A stretch of 64,000 nt of DNA from Nocardioides sp. (lineage in GTDB: Bacteria; Actinomycetota; Actinomycetes; Propionibacteriales; Nocardioidaceae): positions 2,979 to 66,978 of the forward strand of contig NZ_JAOPWY010000192.1 of assembly GCF_025965415.1 (NCBI RefSeq). The letters run 5' to 3'. A program made the position numbers and the translations under genes. Position 1 is the stretch's first letter. Every line of letters begins with the position of its first letter. Under the pieces are notes generated by a model. It worked only from the letters and a program-made list of their open reading frames with translations. It had not been told where the DNA came from and ran no database searches. Of this stretch, positions 18,100-27,078 are shown one piece after another.

Positions 18100-19459
18100 G
18101 GGCTCGTCCCTTCTTGAGCTCGCGCCCGAGGTCCCACAGGTAGTGGTCGAAGTCGACCTCCATGGTGTGCCGGGGCGAGGCGTAGAACTGCTGGGTGTCG
18201 CGCTCGTGCTCCGCCGCCATCTGGCGCCGGATCACGGAGTCGGACGGGGGGACGTAGTCGCCGGCGAGCGTCTCGGCGATCCACTTCGCCTGGGCCTCGG
18301 CCAGCGGCATCACGGCACCGATGGGCTGCAGGAGACCGACGAAGTAGAGCCCCGGGAGGCCGGGGTGCACTGCGCGCTTCCACAGCGGCAGGTCGTTGTC
18401 GCGCGCGGCGATGAGCTCGGGGGCGAGAAAGGGGAAGCTGACCTTGTAGCCGGTGGCCCACACGATCAGGTCCGCCGGGGCGGTGCTGCCGTCGACGAAG
18501 ACGACCCGGTCGCCCTCGAGCCGCTCGATCGCGGGCCGTGCCGTGACGGCACCGGCGGCGAGGCGCTCGCGGATCCGCTCCGACTGGACCGGGTGTGACT
18601 GGCCGGGCTTGTGGCTGGGTGCCGGGAGGCCGTACGTGGTCATGCTGCCGGCGGTCAGCGCCCCGATGCGCAGGCGAAGGGCGGTCACCCACCAGGGCAC
18701 CCAGCCGGGGGGCAGCAGGCCCTGGTCGCTCGGCCTGCCGAGGAAGAACTTGCGCAGCACCCACTCCGTACGCCGCACGGACCACGTCGTCGTCCGCGCC
18801 CGGAAGGACGACTCGACGACGATGTCCATCGCCGAGTTGCCGGCGCCGACGACGACCACGTCGCGGCCCTCGAGCTGGTCGCCGGAGCGGTGGTCGTGGG
18901 CGTGGATCTGCTCGCCGTCGAAGGTGCCGGGGTAGGCGGGTTCGGGCCAGCGTGGGTCCCAGTGGTGGCCGTTGGCGACCAGCACGGCGTCGTACGTCCG
19001 CGTCTCGGTGCCGCCCGGACCGCTGATCCGGACGTCCCAGCGGCCGTCGGCGGAGGGCGAGACGTCCTCGACGGTCGTGTCGAAGGTGATCGTGTGGCGG
19101 AAGCCGAAGTGCTCGACGTACTGCTCGAAGTAGGCGTGGACCTGGTCGTGGCGGGCGTAGGGCGGGTAGTCCTCCGGCATCGGGAAGTCGGAGTAGGCCA
19201 TGCGCGGGCACGAGGTGTTGATCTCGAGGGAGTCGTAGCACGCGGACTGGCCGTTGGAGTTGTCGAAGACCCACGTCCCGCCGATGTCGCTGCCCAGCTC
19301 GAAGCAGTCGAACCCGATGCCGGAGAGGTAGAGGTTCTTGGCCGCGGCGATGCCCGACGAGCCGGCCCCGATCACGCACGCGCGGGGCAGGGAGTCGTCG
19401 ACCGGCACGGGCGCTGTCACCGCCGGGACGCGGTGCGACTGCTTCACGAGGTAGGCCAC
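18086..19459 (-). CDS. Flavin-containing monooxygenase
   Basis: IGAGSSG, FDGEQIHAHDHR (FMO fingerprint), VGAGNSAMD, ATGY. Confidence 0.9.
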   Translation of the reverse strand: MAYLVKQSHRVPAVTAPVPVDDSLPRACVIGAGSSGIAAAKNLYLSGIGFDCFELGSDIGGTWVFDNSNGQSACYDSLEINTSCPRMAYSDFPMPEDYPPYARHDQVHAYFEQYVEHFGFRHTITFDTTVEDVSPSADGRWDVRISGPGGTETRTYDAVLVANGHHWDPRWPEPAYPGTFDGEQIHAHDHRSGDQLEGRDVVVVGAGNSAMDIVVESSFRARTTTWSVRRTEWVLRKFFLGRPSDQGLLPPGWVPWWVTALRLRIGALTAGSMTTYGLPAPSHKPGQSHPVQSERIRERLAAGAVTARPAIERLEGDRVVFVDGSTAPADLIVWATGYKVSFPFLAPELIAARDNDLPLWKRAVHPGLPGLYFVGLLQPIGAVMPLAEAQAKWIAETLAGDYVPPSDSVIRRQMAAEHERDTQQFYASPRHTMEVDFDHYLWDLGRELKKGRARASS

Positions 19460-19484
19460 CAGCACTCCTTCACGCGTCGGTGCT

Positions 19485-19784
19485 TCAGAGGTAGAGCCCG
19501 GTCGAGCCGGGGTCGAGCCGCTCGGCCGCGACCGCGTGGACATCACGCTCGCGCATGACGACGTAGACCTCGCCCTGCACCTCGACCTCGGCCTTGTCCT
19601 CGGGGTCGAAGAGCACCTTGTCGCCGACCTCGACGGCCCGGGCGTGCGGCCCGACCGCGATCACCCGCGACCACGCCAGCCGGCGCGCACCCATCGCGGC
19701 CGTGGCGGGGATGACGATGCCGCCGGACGACCGCCGCTCGCCCGCCTCCTGGTCGACCTCGACCAGCAGGCGGTCGTGCAGCAT
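19485..19784 (-). CDS. GroES-like co-chaperonin (orphan paralogue)
   Basis: LHDRLLV..RRSSGGIVIP..VIAVGP..VGDKVLF..MRERDVHA. Confidence 0.85.
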   Translation of the reverse strand: MLHDRLLVEVDQEAGERRSSGGIVIPATAAMGARRLAWSRVIAVGPHARAVEVGDKVLFDPEDKAEVEVQGEVYVVMRERDVHAVAAERLDPGSTGLYL

Positions 19785-19801
19785 CTTGATCGGCGCGGTG
19801 C

Positions 19802-20050
19802 TCAGCGGGCGACCTTGCGGACGACGGCCAGCAGGACGATGGCGCCGACGACGGCGCCGGCGACCTTGAGGATGTTGTCGGTGCGCGGGGCCCCGGTGTC
19901 GAGGTCCACGAAATGCGACTTCACCGTCGTCACCTGGCGCCCGACGATGGTCTTGGGGTGGGCGCGGTGCGCGAGCTGGTCGATGGTCGACGCGAGGCGC
20001 TGGCGCGTCTCCTCGATCTCGCGCTCGAGCGCGGTCATGTCCTGGGTCAC
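19802..20050 (-). CDS. DUF3618 domain small membrane protein
   Basis: LEREIEETRQRLASTIDQL..HPK plus C-terminal TM. Confidence 0.8.
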   Translation of the reverse strand: MTQDMTALEREIEETRQRLASTIDQLAHRAHPKTIVGRQVTTVKSHFVDLDTGAPRTDNILKVAGAVVGAIVLLAVVRKVAR

Positions 20051-20817
20051 GCGGGCAGGCTATCAATGCGCCGGGGATCGAAGCCCCACGGCAGCTCCAG
20101 CCGGTGGGCGGCCATCAGCGCCTCGTCGGTGAGCACGTCGAAGGTCGGCCGGTCGGCCACCACGACGCCCTCGCTCAGCACCACGCTGCGGGGGCAGAGC
20201 TCGAGCGCGTAGGGCAGGTCGTGGGTCACCATCAGCACCGTCACGTCGAGGCTGCGCAGGATGTCGGCGAGCTCGCGGCGCGAGGCGGGATCGAGGTTGG
20301 AGGACGGCTCGTCGAGCACCAGGATCTCCGGCTCCATCGCCAGCACGGTGGCGACCGCGACGCGGCGGCGCTGGCCGTACGACAGGTGGTGCGGCGGCCG
20401 GTCGACGAAGTCGGCCATGCCGACCCGCTCCAGCGACTCCATCACCCGTCGGTCGAGCGCGGCGCCCTGGAGCCCGAGGTTGGCCGGGCCGAAGGCGACG
20501 TCCTGGCGGACGGTGCCGAGGAACAACTGGTCGTCGGGGTCCTGGAAGACGATGCCGACCCGGCGACGGATCTCCTTCAGGTGCTTCTTCACCACGGGCA
20601 GGCCGCTGACCGAGACCGTGCCGCGGCCGTGCCCCCCGGACTCGGCGCTGAGGATGCCGTTGAGGTGCAGCACGAGGGTCGTCTTGCCGGCGCCGTTGGG
20701 CCCGAGGAGCGCGACCCGCTCGCCCTCGTGGACGTGGAGGTCTAAGCCGAAGAGGGCCTGGTGGCCGTCGGGATAGGCGAACGCGAGGCCGCGGACGTCG
20801 AGGACCGGGGTGCTCAC
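20047..20817 (-). CDS. ECF transporter ATPase (CbiO/NikO-like)
   Basis: GPNGAGKT, FQDPDDQLF, LSYGQRRR, LDEP. Confidence 0.92.
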   Translation of the reverse strand: MSTPVLDVRGLAFAYPDGHQALFGLDLHVHEGERVALLGPNGAGKTTLVLHLNGILSAESGGHGRGTVSVSGLPVVKKHLKEIRRRVGIVFQDPDDQLFLGTVRQDVAFGPANLGLQGAALDRRVMESLERVGMADFVDRPPHHLSYGQRRRVAVATVLAMEPEILVLDEPSSNLDPASRRELADILRSLDVTVLMVTHDLPYALELCPRSVVLSEGVVVADRPTFDVLTDEALMAAHRLELPWGFDPRRIDSLPA

Positions 20818-21497
20818 CGGGCGTCCTCCGTCCGGGGCAGCCTGCCGTCGTAGCCGCGCGACAGCATGGCCAGGTGCACGCGCTCGCCGCGCTCGTAGGA
20901 CCGGATGAAGAGCGCCCCCAGCGACCGCGCCAGGACCGGCCAGTGCCGCGGCGAGCGCGGGTCGCAGCCGCGCGAGCGCAGGGCGGTCATCATCCGGGTC
21001 AGCTCGGCGGTGACGACGTCGAGGTAGCGGATCATGAAGCCCATGATCTGCACGATCAGGTCGGGCATCCGCAGCCGCTGGAGCCCGCGCAGCAGGTCCT
21101 GGGGCTCGGTCGTGGCGGCGAGCGTGAGCGAGGCGAGCACGCCCAGGGTGCCCTTGACGAGCAGCGCGATGCCCGCGTGCAGGCCGGGCTCGGAGACGGT
21201 GATGCCGAGGACCTCGGTGCGTGGGCCGTGGGAGATGAACGGCACGAGGACGGCGAAGAGGGCGAACGGGAGCTCGATCACCATGCGGGGCGCGAGGTAG
21301 GCCACCGGCACCCGGGACAGCGCGACCACCGACAGCAGGACGAGCGCCTCGACGGCGTACGCCGCGGGCCAGGAGCGGGGCGTGGCCACCACGACCAGCA
21401 TGAACCCGACCAGGGCCAGCAGCTTGAGGTGTGCGGGCGCGCGGTGGACCGCGCTGTGGCCGTGGAAGAAGAGCCGGTGTCCGTGCCCCGCGCCCAT
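20814..21497 (-). CDS. ECF transporter T component (CbiQ/NikQ-like)
   Basis: FMIRYL, RSRG, FIRSYERGERVHLAMLSRGY. Confidence 0.9.
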   Translation of the reverse strand: MGAGHGHRLFFHGHSAVHRAPAHLKLLALVGFMLVVVATPRSWPAAYAVEALVLLSVVALSRVPVAYLAPRMVIELPFALFAVLVPFISHGPRTEVLGITVSEPGLHAGIALLVKGTLGVLASLTLAATTEPQDLLRGLQRLRMPDLIVQIMGFMIRYLDVVTAELTRMMTALRSRGCDPRSPRHWPVLARSLGALFIRSYERGERVHLAMLSRGYDGRLPRTEDAR

Positions 21498-21862
21498 CAG
21501 CCCCTGCTGCCCGCGTGGTCGGCGGGCTCGTCGTCCCGGCCGACTGGCCGGTCGTCCCGCGTGGCGCCCCGGCGGCGCAGCGCCCAGAACAGGCCGGTGC
21601 TGAGCCCGAGCATGACCAGCACGCCGACCACGCCGGCGAGGCCGCCGCTGAGCCGGCCGTCGTCCACACCCTTCGTCGTGTAGCCGGCGAACGGGCTGTC
21701 GGACGCGCTGTGGGGCTTCTCGGCGTCGCTGAAGCCGGTCTCCTGCGCGACGTAGGCGAGGCCGTCGGGGTGGGCGCTGGCGTAGTAGCTCGCCACACCC
21801 GCCACGAGGAGGGAGAGCAGGAGGAAGGAGACGAAGAAGGCGCGGTTGGAAGGTCGCTTCAC
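21497..21862 (-). CDS. PDGLE-domain (NikN-like) protein
   Basis: YASAHPDGLAYVA between two TMs. Confidence 0.85.
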   Translation of the reverse strand: MKRPSNRAFFVSFLLLSLLVAGVASYYASAHPDGLAYVAQETGFSDAEKPHSASDSPFAGYTTKGVDDGRLSGGLAGVVGVLVMLGLSTGLFWALRRRGATRDDRPVGRDDEPADHAGSRG

Positions 21863-22554
21863 GGGGCCGCGACCTCCGGGGTGCGGATCTCGAGGTCGCG
21901 GGAGGCGACGAGCGGACGAGCACCGCGGACGAGGTCGGGCCGGGTTGCCACGACGCTGGCGACGACGAGGCCGGTCACCGCCGCCTCACCGAGGCCGATC
22001 AGCGTGTGCCAGCCGAGCATCGCGACGAGCACGGCCTGGAGGTCGACCGGTGCCGTGCCGCCGACAGCGAAGAGCCCCGTGAAGGCGAGCGCCGCGACGG
22101 GCACGCTCACGAAGGCGGCGACCGCGGCGCTCGACGCGACCCTGGAGGTCCGGGCGGGCAGGAGGCGTCGCAGCACCACGAAGACGCCCCACCCGACGCC
22201 GACGGTGACCAGGCCCATCAGCGTGATGTTGGTGCCCAGCGCGGTGATCCCGCCGTCGGCCATCAGCAGGCCCTGCACCAGCAGCACCACCGCCATGCAG
22301 AGGATCGCGGTCCAGGGACCCACGAGCACCGCAGCGAGCGCGCCGCCCATGAGGTGGCCGCTGGTGCCGGCGCCCACCGGGAAGTTGATCATCTGGGCGG
22401 CGAAGACGAACGTCGCGACCAGGCCCGCCATCGGCGCCGTACGGTCGTCGAGCTCGCGACGCGCACCGCGCAGAGCTAGGGCCACCCCGGCAGCGGCCAC
22501 GGCCCCGGTGGTCACCGAGGTCGGGGCGTCGAGGAAGCCGTCAGGCACGTGCAC
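21859..22554 (-). CDS. ECF S component (CbiM/NikM-like)
   Basis: N-terminus MHVPDGFL, GTSGHLMGG, ADGGITALG. Confidence 0.92.
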   Translation of the reverse strand: MHVPDGFLDAPTSVTTGAVAAAGVALALRGARRELDDRTAPMAGLVATFVFAAQMINFPVGAGTSGHLMGGALAAVLVGPWTAILCMAVVLLVQGLLMADGGITALGTNITLMGLVTVGVGWGVFVVLRRLLPARTSRVASSAAVAAFVSVPVAALAFTGLFAVGGTAPVDLQAVLVAMLGWHTLIGLGEAAVTGLVVASVVATRPDLVRGARPLVASRDLEIRTPEVAAP

Positions 22555-22651
22555 GTCGTCTGCTCCGGATCTGGTTGGCTGGTGGGGGACTGTTTGATGT
22601 CTGGTGGCCGACCCGGATCCCCCGATCCCGTGCCAGCACACCCCGACCTTA

Positions 22652-22668
22652 TTGCAAACTCCTTGCAA
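22652..22668. promoter_or_regulatory. Nur-type (nickel-responsive Fur family) box
   Basis: TTGCAA-ACTCC-TTGCAA matches tTGCaa-N5-ttGCAA. Confidence 0.65.
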
Positions 22669-22709
22669 CAACCACACCGACCCAGCCCTCGCGTCCTCCA
22701 GGAGCCTCC

Positions 22710-23180
22710 ATGTCCGACCGCCTCGCCGCCGGCGACACCGCACCCGACTTCACCCTCACCAGCGACACCGAGGAGCAGGTGACGCTCTCGGACCTGCGCG
22801 GCAAGAAGGTGATCGTCTACTTCTACCCGGCGGCGATGACGCCCGGCTGCACCACGCAGGCCTGCGACTTCTCCGAGTCGCTCGACTCGCTGCGCGGCGC
22901 GGGCTACGAGGTCCTCGGCGTGTCCAAGGACAAGCCCGCCAAGCTCGCGAAGTTCCGCGAGCGCGACGCGCTGACCCTCACGCTGCTCTCCGACGAGGAC
23001 CTCACGGTGCACCGGGCCTACGGCGCCTACGGCACCAAGAAGCTGTACGGCAAGGAGGTCGAGGGCGTCCTGCGCTCCACCTTCGTCATCGACGAGGCCG
23101 GCACGATCGAGCTCGCCCAGTACAACGTGAAGGCCACCGGGCACGTGTCGAAGCTGCGCCGGGACCTGGGGCTCGCCTGA
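22710..23180 (+). CDS. bcp: Thioredoxin-dependent thiol peroxidase
   Basis: YFYPAAMTPGCTTQACDF, RSTFVID. Confidence 0.95.
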   Translation: MSDRLAAGDTAPDFTLTSDTEEQVTLSDLRGKKVIVYFYPAAMTPGCTTQACDFSESLDSLRGAGYEVLGVSKDKPAKLAKFRERDALTLTLLSDEDLTVHRAYGAYGTKKLYGKEVEGVLRSTFVIDEAGTIELAQYNVKATGHVSKLRRDLGLA

Positions 23181-23205
23181 CCGACCGTGGGGCCTCCGCC
23201 CCGCA

Positions 23206-23252
23206 GTCGCCAACTCACGAGTTGGCTGACCAACTGGCGAGTTGGCGGCGAC
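23206..23252. repeat. Nested palindromic REP-like element
   Basis: CGCCAACTCACGAGTTGG-CTGA-CCAACTGGCGAGTTGGCG: two CCAACT..AGTTGG hairpins within one larger palindrome. Confidence 0.55.
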
Positions 23253-23329
23253 ACCTCGCGACGGCGGCGCGCAGCCCGGGAGGGTCGTCGTCCGGACGGG
23301 ACGCTCGGAGAACTACGCTGGTCCGGCCA

Positions 23330-23411
23330 GCCGGAGTGGTGGAACAGGCAGACACGCACGGTTTAGGTCCGTGTGCCCCAGGGCGTGCGGGTTCGACTCC
23401 CGCCTTCGGCA
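23330..23411 (+). tRNA. tRNA-Leu(TAG)
   Basis: Acceptor GCCGGAG/CTTCGGC, anticodon arm CACGG-TTTAGGT-CCGTG, long variable arm, GGTTCGACTCC. Confidence 0.93.
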
Positions 23412-23468
23412 CGCACGCGTCTCGCGCGTTCGTCCCCATGTGACCCCCGTCACCACTAGGGTCCGCGC

Positions 23469-24341
23469 ATGGACTCAGCGCTGACCACCGTCGGACTGCC
23501 CCTCGCCCTCGCGATCATCATGTTCGGGCTGGGCCTGGACCTGACGATCGCCGACTTCCGCCGCGTGGGTCGGGCACCCAGGGCCGTCGGCGTCGCGCTG
23601 GCCTGCCAGGTCGTGCTGCTGCCGGCGGTCTGCTTCGGCCTCGTCGTGCTCTTCGACCTGCCCGCGCTGCTGGGCATCGGCATGCTGCTGCTCGCGGCCT
23701 CGCCGGGCGGCACGACGGCCAACCTCTTCAGCCACCTCTTCCGCGGCGACGTGGCGCTCAACATCACGCTGACGGCGATCAACACCGTCATCGCGGTCGT
23801 CACCCTGCCGCTGATCACCGGTCTCGCGATCGCCTACTACGACCGCCAGGACGACGTGACGATGCCGCTGGTCGAGATCGTCAAGGTGTTCGCGCTGATC
23901 CTGCTCCCCGTGGGGATCGGGATGCTGGTGAACGACCGGGCACCCGGGTTCGCACGCCGCATGGACAAGCCGGTGCGGATCGGCTCGGCGGTGATCCTCG
24001 CGATCCTGGTCGTCGGGATCCTGCTCGACCAGCTCGAGAGCGTCGGCGACTACGTCGCCGACGTCGGCCTGATCGCCGCCCTGTTCTGCGCGATCAGCCT
24101 GCTCGTCGGCTACGTCGTGCCGAAGGCCTTCGGCGTCACCGGCCCGCAGGCCATCGCCTCGTCGATGGAGGTCGGCGTGCACAACGCCACCCTCGCGATC
24201 TTCGTGGCGGTCGAGGTGCTCGACGAGGTCGAGATCTCGGTGCCGGCCGCGGTCTACTCGCTGATCATGTTCCTCTTCGCAGCGCTCTGGGGCATGTGGG
24301 TCTCGCGCCGGGTCGCCGACCGCGAGGCCGTGTCAGCCTGA
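23469..24341 (+). CDS. Bile acid:sodium symporter family
   Basis: IMFGLGL, ASPGGTTAN, GDVAL, MEVGVHN. Confidence 0.9.
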   Translation: MDSALTTVGLPLALAIIMFGLGLDLTIADFRRVGRAPRAVGVALACQVVLLPAVCFGLVVLFDLPALLGIGMLLLAASPGGTTANLFSHLFRGDVALNITLTAINTVIAVVTLPLITGLAIAYYDRQDDVTMPLVEIVKVFALILLPVGIGMLVNDRAPGFARRMDKPVRIGSAVILAILVVGILLDQLESVGDYVADVGLIAALFCAISLLVGYVVPKAFGVTGPQAIASSMEVGVHNATLAIFVAVEVLDEVEISVPAAVYSLIMFLFAALWGMWVSRRVADREAVSA

Positions 24342-24950
24342 GGCCAGGTCCGCGGCGACGTACGGCGCCAGCTCGCGCAGCGCGCGGCCGCGGTGGGAGA
24401 TGCGGTCCTTCTCCGCCGGCTCGAGCTCGGCGGAGGTGAGGCCCTCGTCGGCGTGCTCGTCGGCCACGAAGACCACGTCGTAGCCGAAGCCGCCGCTCCC
24501 CCGCACCTCGCGGATGATCCGGCCGTCCATCCGGCCCTCGACGACGCGCTCGCGCCCCTCGGGCTGCACCCACGCCACGGCGCACGCGAAGTGCGCGCCC
24601 CGGCGCTCGTCCGGTACGTCGTCGAGCTGGGCGAGCAGGAGGTCGTTGTTGCGCTCGTCCGACTTCGGTGGTCCCGACCACCGCGCCGACAGCACGCCCG
24701 GCATGCCGTTGAGGGCGTCGACGCACAGCCCGCTGTCGTCGGCGACCGACGGCAGCCCGGTCGCGGCGACACCGGCCCGCGCCTTGAGCAGCGCGTTGCC
24801 GGCGAAGGTGGGCTGGTCCTCGACCGGCTCGACGTACCCCTCGATGTCGCCGATCCCGAGCACCTCGATGTCGGGCACGTGCTCGGCCAGGATCCGCTGC
24901 ATCTCGAGGATCTTCTTGGCGTTGGCCGAGGCCAGGAAGATCCGGGTCAC
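24333..24950 (-). CDS. rdgB: Non-canonical purine NTP pyrophosphatase
   Basis: [30 protein letters not shown]. Confidence 0.93.
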   Translation of the reverse strand: MTRIFLASANAKKILEMQRILAEHVPDIEVLGIGDIEGYVEPVEDQPTFAGNALLKARAGVAATGLPSVADDSGLCVDALNGMPGVLSARWSGPPKSDERNNDLLLAQLDDVPDERRGAHFACAVAWVQPEGRERVVEGRMDGRIIREVRGSGGFGYDVVFVADEHADEGLTSAELEPAEKDRISHRGRALRELAPYVAADLASG

Positions 24951-25675
24951 CGGGCGAGCGCCTCGTGCTGGAGGCGCGTCAGGTCGGCGCAGCCCTTGCC
25001 GGCCAGGTCGAGGAGCGCGTCGAGCTCGGCGCGGTCGAAGGCGGCGCCCTCGGCGGTGCCCTGCACCTCGACGAACGTGCCCTCGCCGGTCATCACGACG
25101 TTCATGTCGGTCTCGGCGCGCACGTCCTCGACGTAGGGCAGGTCGAGGCGCGGCACGCCGTCGATGATCCCGACGCTGACCGCGGCCACCGATCCGGTGA
25201 GCGGCTCCCCGGTGAGCGCACCGTTGGCCCGCAGGTGCGCGACGGCGTCGGCCAGGGCGACGTACGCGCCGGTGATCGCCGCGGTGCGGGTGCCGCCGTC
25301 GGCCTGGAGCACGTCGCAGTCGAGCACGATCGTGTTCTCGCCGAGGGCCTGGTAGTCGATGACGGCGCGCAGCGAACGGCCGATCAGGCGCGAGATCTCG
25401 TGGGTGCGGCCGCCGATGCGGCCCTTGACCGACTCCCGGTCCGAGCGCGTGTTGGTCGAGGCGGGGAGCATCGCGTACTCGGCGGTGACCCAGCCCAGGC
25501 CCGACCCCTTGCGCCAGCGCGGCACGCCCTCCGAGGCGGACGCCGCACACAGCACCTTGGTGCCGCCGAACTCGATCAGCACGGAGCCCGCGGCGTGGTC
25601 GAGCCAGTTGCGGGTGATGGTGATGGGGCGGAGCTCGTCGTCGGCTCGGCCGTCTGCGCGGGGTGCGGAAGTCAT
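24947..25675 (-). CDS. rph: Ribonuclease PH
   Basis: [43 protein letters not shown]. Confidence 0.97.
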   Translation of the reverse strand: MTSAPRADGRADDELRPITITRNWLDHAAGSVLIEFGGTKVLCAASASEGVPRWRKGSGLGWVTAEYAMLPASTNTRSDRESVKGRIGGRTHEISRLIGRSLRAVIDYQALGENTIVLDCDVLQADGGTRTAAITGAYVALADAVAHLRANGALTGEPLTGSVAAVSVGIIDGVPRLDLPYVEDVRAETDMNVVMTGEGTFVEVQGTAEGAAFDRAELDALLDLAGKGCADLTRLQHEALAR

Positions 25676-25704
25676 GGCACGACCCTAGAGCCCCGGGAAC
25701 GGCC

Positions 25705-25817
25705 CAGCCGGGCCCGGTCACCCCCGTGAGAGACCGGACCCGGCTGCAAGGTCCCTACCCCGTGGGGACGCTTGATGCGCGGCACCCCACGCCGCGCAAC
25801 TCCCTCCACGCGGTGGT
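25705..25817 (-). ncRNA. Candidate structured small RNA divergent from the two-component system
   Basis: Four consecutive hairpins ending in a 15-bp stem. GACGAT -10 at 25829-24. No credible ORF. Confidence 0.4.
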
Positions 25818-25876
25818 GACTCCATCGTCGCGCGGGTGCGCGGTCCGCCGCATCCCCCATGAGGTGGTAATCGGTG

Positions 25877-25888
25877 CGACCAAAGTAG
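25877..25888. promoter_or_regulatory. Putative NarL/LuxR response-regulator site
   Basis: CGAC-CAAA-GTAG imperfect palindrome in the HK promoter region. Confidence 0.45.
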
Positions 25889-25914
25889 GAGCACGGCTCG
25901 TTAACCTGATCCGC

Positions 25915-27078
25915 GTGGAGACCCGTCCGAGCCTCTCGGAGACCCAGCCGGAGCTGACCTGGGTCTCCCACGCATGGCGCTATGCGCTGTGCCTGGTCAT
26001 CTCGGTGGCGGTGTGGCAGTCGATCGCAGCCCTGGAGTGGCGCGAGCACCGGACGCTCTTCTTCACCGAGCTGGCCCTCGGCGCCGCCGCCTACGTCCTG
26101 GTGTGGTTCCGCCGCCGCGCACCCGTGCGCATCGCCCTCGTGATCGCCGCGATGAGCGCCCTGTCGGGGATCGCGGCGGGCCCCGCCACCCTCGCGGCCG
26201 TCTCCGTCGCCACCCGACGCGTCAGCTGGCAGGTCCTGGTCGTCGGCGTGGCCAACTTCGTCGCCGCCCAGACCTACACGACCCTCGCGCCGTTCGAGGA
26301 CAACCACCCGATCATCACCACGGCGGTCAACGTCGCGGTCAACGCGGGGATGATGGGCTGGGGCCTCTACCTCGGCTCACGTCGCGAGATCGTCTGGAAC
26401 CTGCGCACCCGCGCCGAGCGGGCGGAGCGCGAGCAGGAGCTCCGCGTGGCCCAGGCCCGCTCCACCGAGAGGGCCAGGATCGCGCGCGAGATGCACGACG
26501 TGCTGGCCCACCGGATCACCCAGGTCTCCATGCAGGCCGGCGCCCTCGCGTTCCGCGACGACCTCGACAACGACCGGTTGCGCGAGGGGCTGAGCCAGAT
26601 CCAGGGCCAGGCCAACGACGCGCTCCACGAGCTGCGTGACGTGCTCGGCGTGCTCCGCGAGGACGACCCCGGACCGCTCACCGCGCGCCCGCAACCGACG
26701 TACGACGACATCGCCGCGCTCGTCGAGGAGGCCCGCACCCTCGGCCTCGACATCGACTGGACCGACGAGGTCGACGACTCGACGCCGGTGCCGTCGGCCA
26801 CGGGTCGCACCGTCTACCGCATCGTCCAGGAGGGCATCACCAACGTCCGCAAGCACGCCCCCGGCTCCGTCGTGGACATCCGGTCCTCGGGCGACCCGCG
26901 CTCGGGCATCCGCGTGGTGCTGGTCAACCCGGTCGGCGACGACCGGGCAGGCGCTCCCGGAGCGGGGCTGGGACTGATCGGGCTGCGAGAGCGCACCGAG
27001 CTGCGCGGCGGCCGGCTGGACCAGCGCACCGAGGACTCGACGTTCGTCCTGGAGGCGTGGCTACCGTGGTCAGCGTGA
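25915..27078 (+). CDS. Sensor histidine kinase (HisKA_3)
   Basis: ~5 TMs, ERARIAREMHDVLAH, YRIVQEGITNVRKHA, GLGLIGLRER. Confidence 0.93.
   Translation: METRPSLSETQPELTWVSHAWRYALCLVISVAVWQSIAALEWREHRTLFFTELALGAAAYVLVWFRRRAPVRIALVIAAMSALSGIAAGPATLAAVSVATRRVSWQVLVVGVANFVAAQTYTTLAPFEDNHPIITTAVNVAVNAGMMGWGLYLGSRREIVWNLRTRAERAEREQELRVAQARSTERARIAREMHDVLAHRITQVSMQAGALAFRDDLDNDRLREGLSQIQGQANDALHELRDVLGVLREDDPGPLTARPQPTYDDIAALVEEARTLGLDIDWTDEVDDSTPVPSATGRTVYRIVQEGITNVRKHAPGSVVDIRSSGDPRSGIRVVLVNPVGDDRAGAPGAGLGLIGLRERTELRGGRLDQRTEDSTFVLEAWLPWSA

Noticed and set aside
22555-22709. Cobalamin riboswitch before the cbiM-like gene
   Set aside because: No B12-box or conserved core seen; a Nur-type box is present instead
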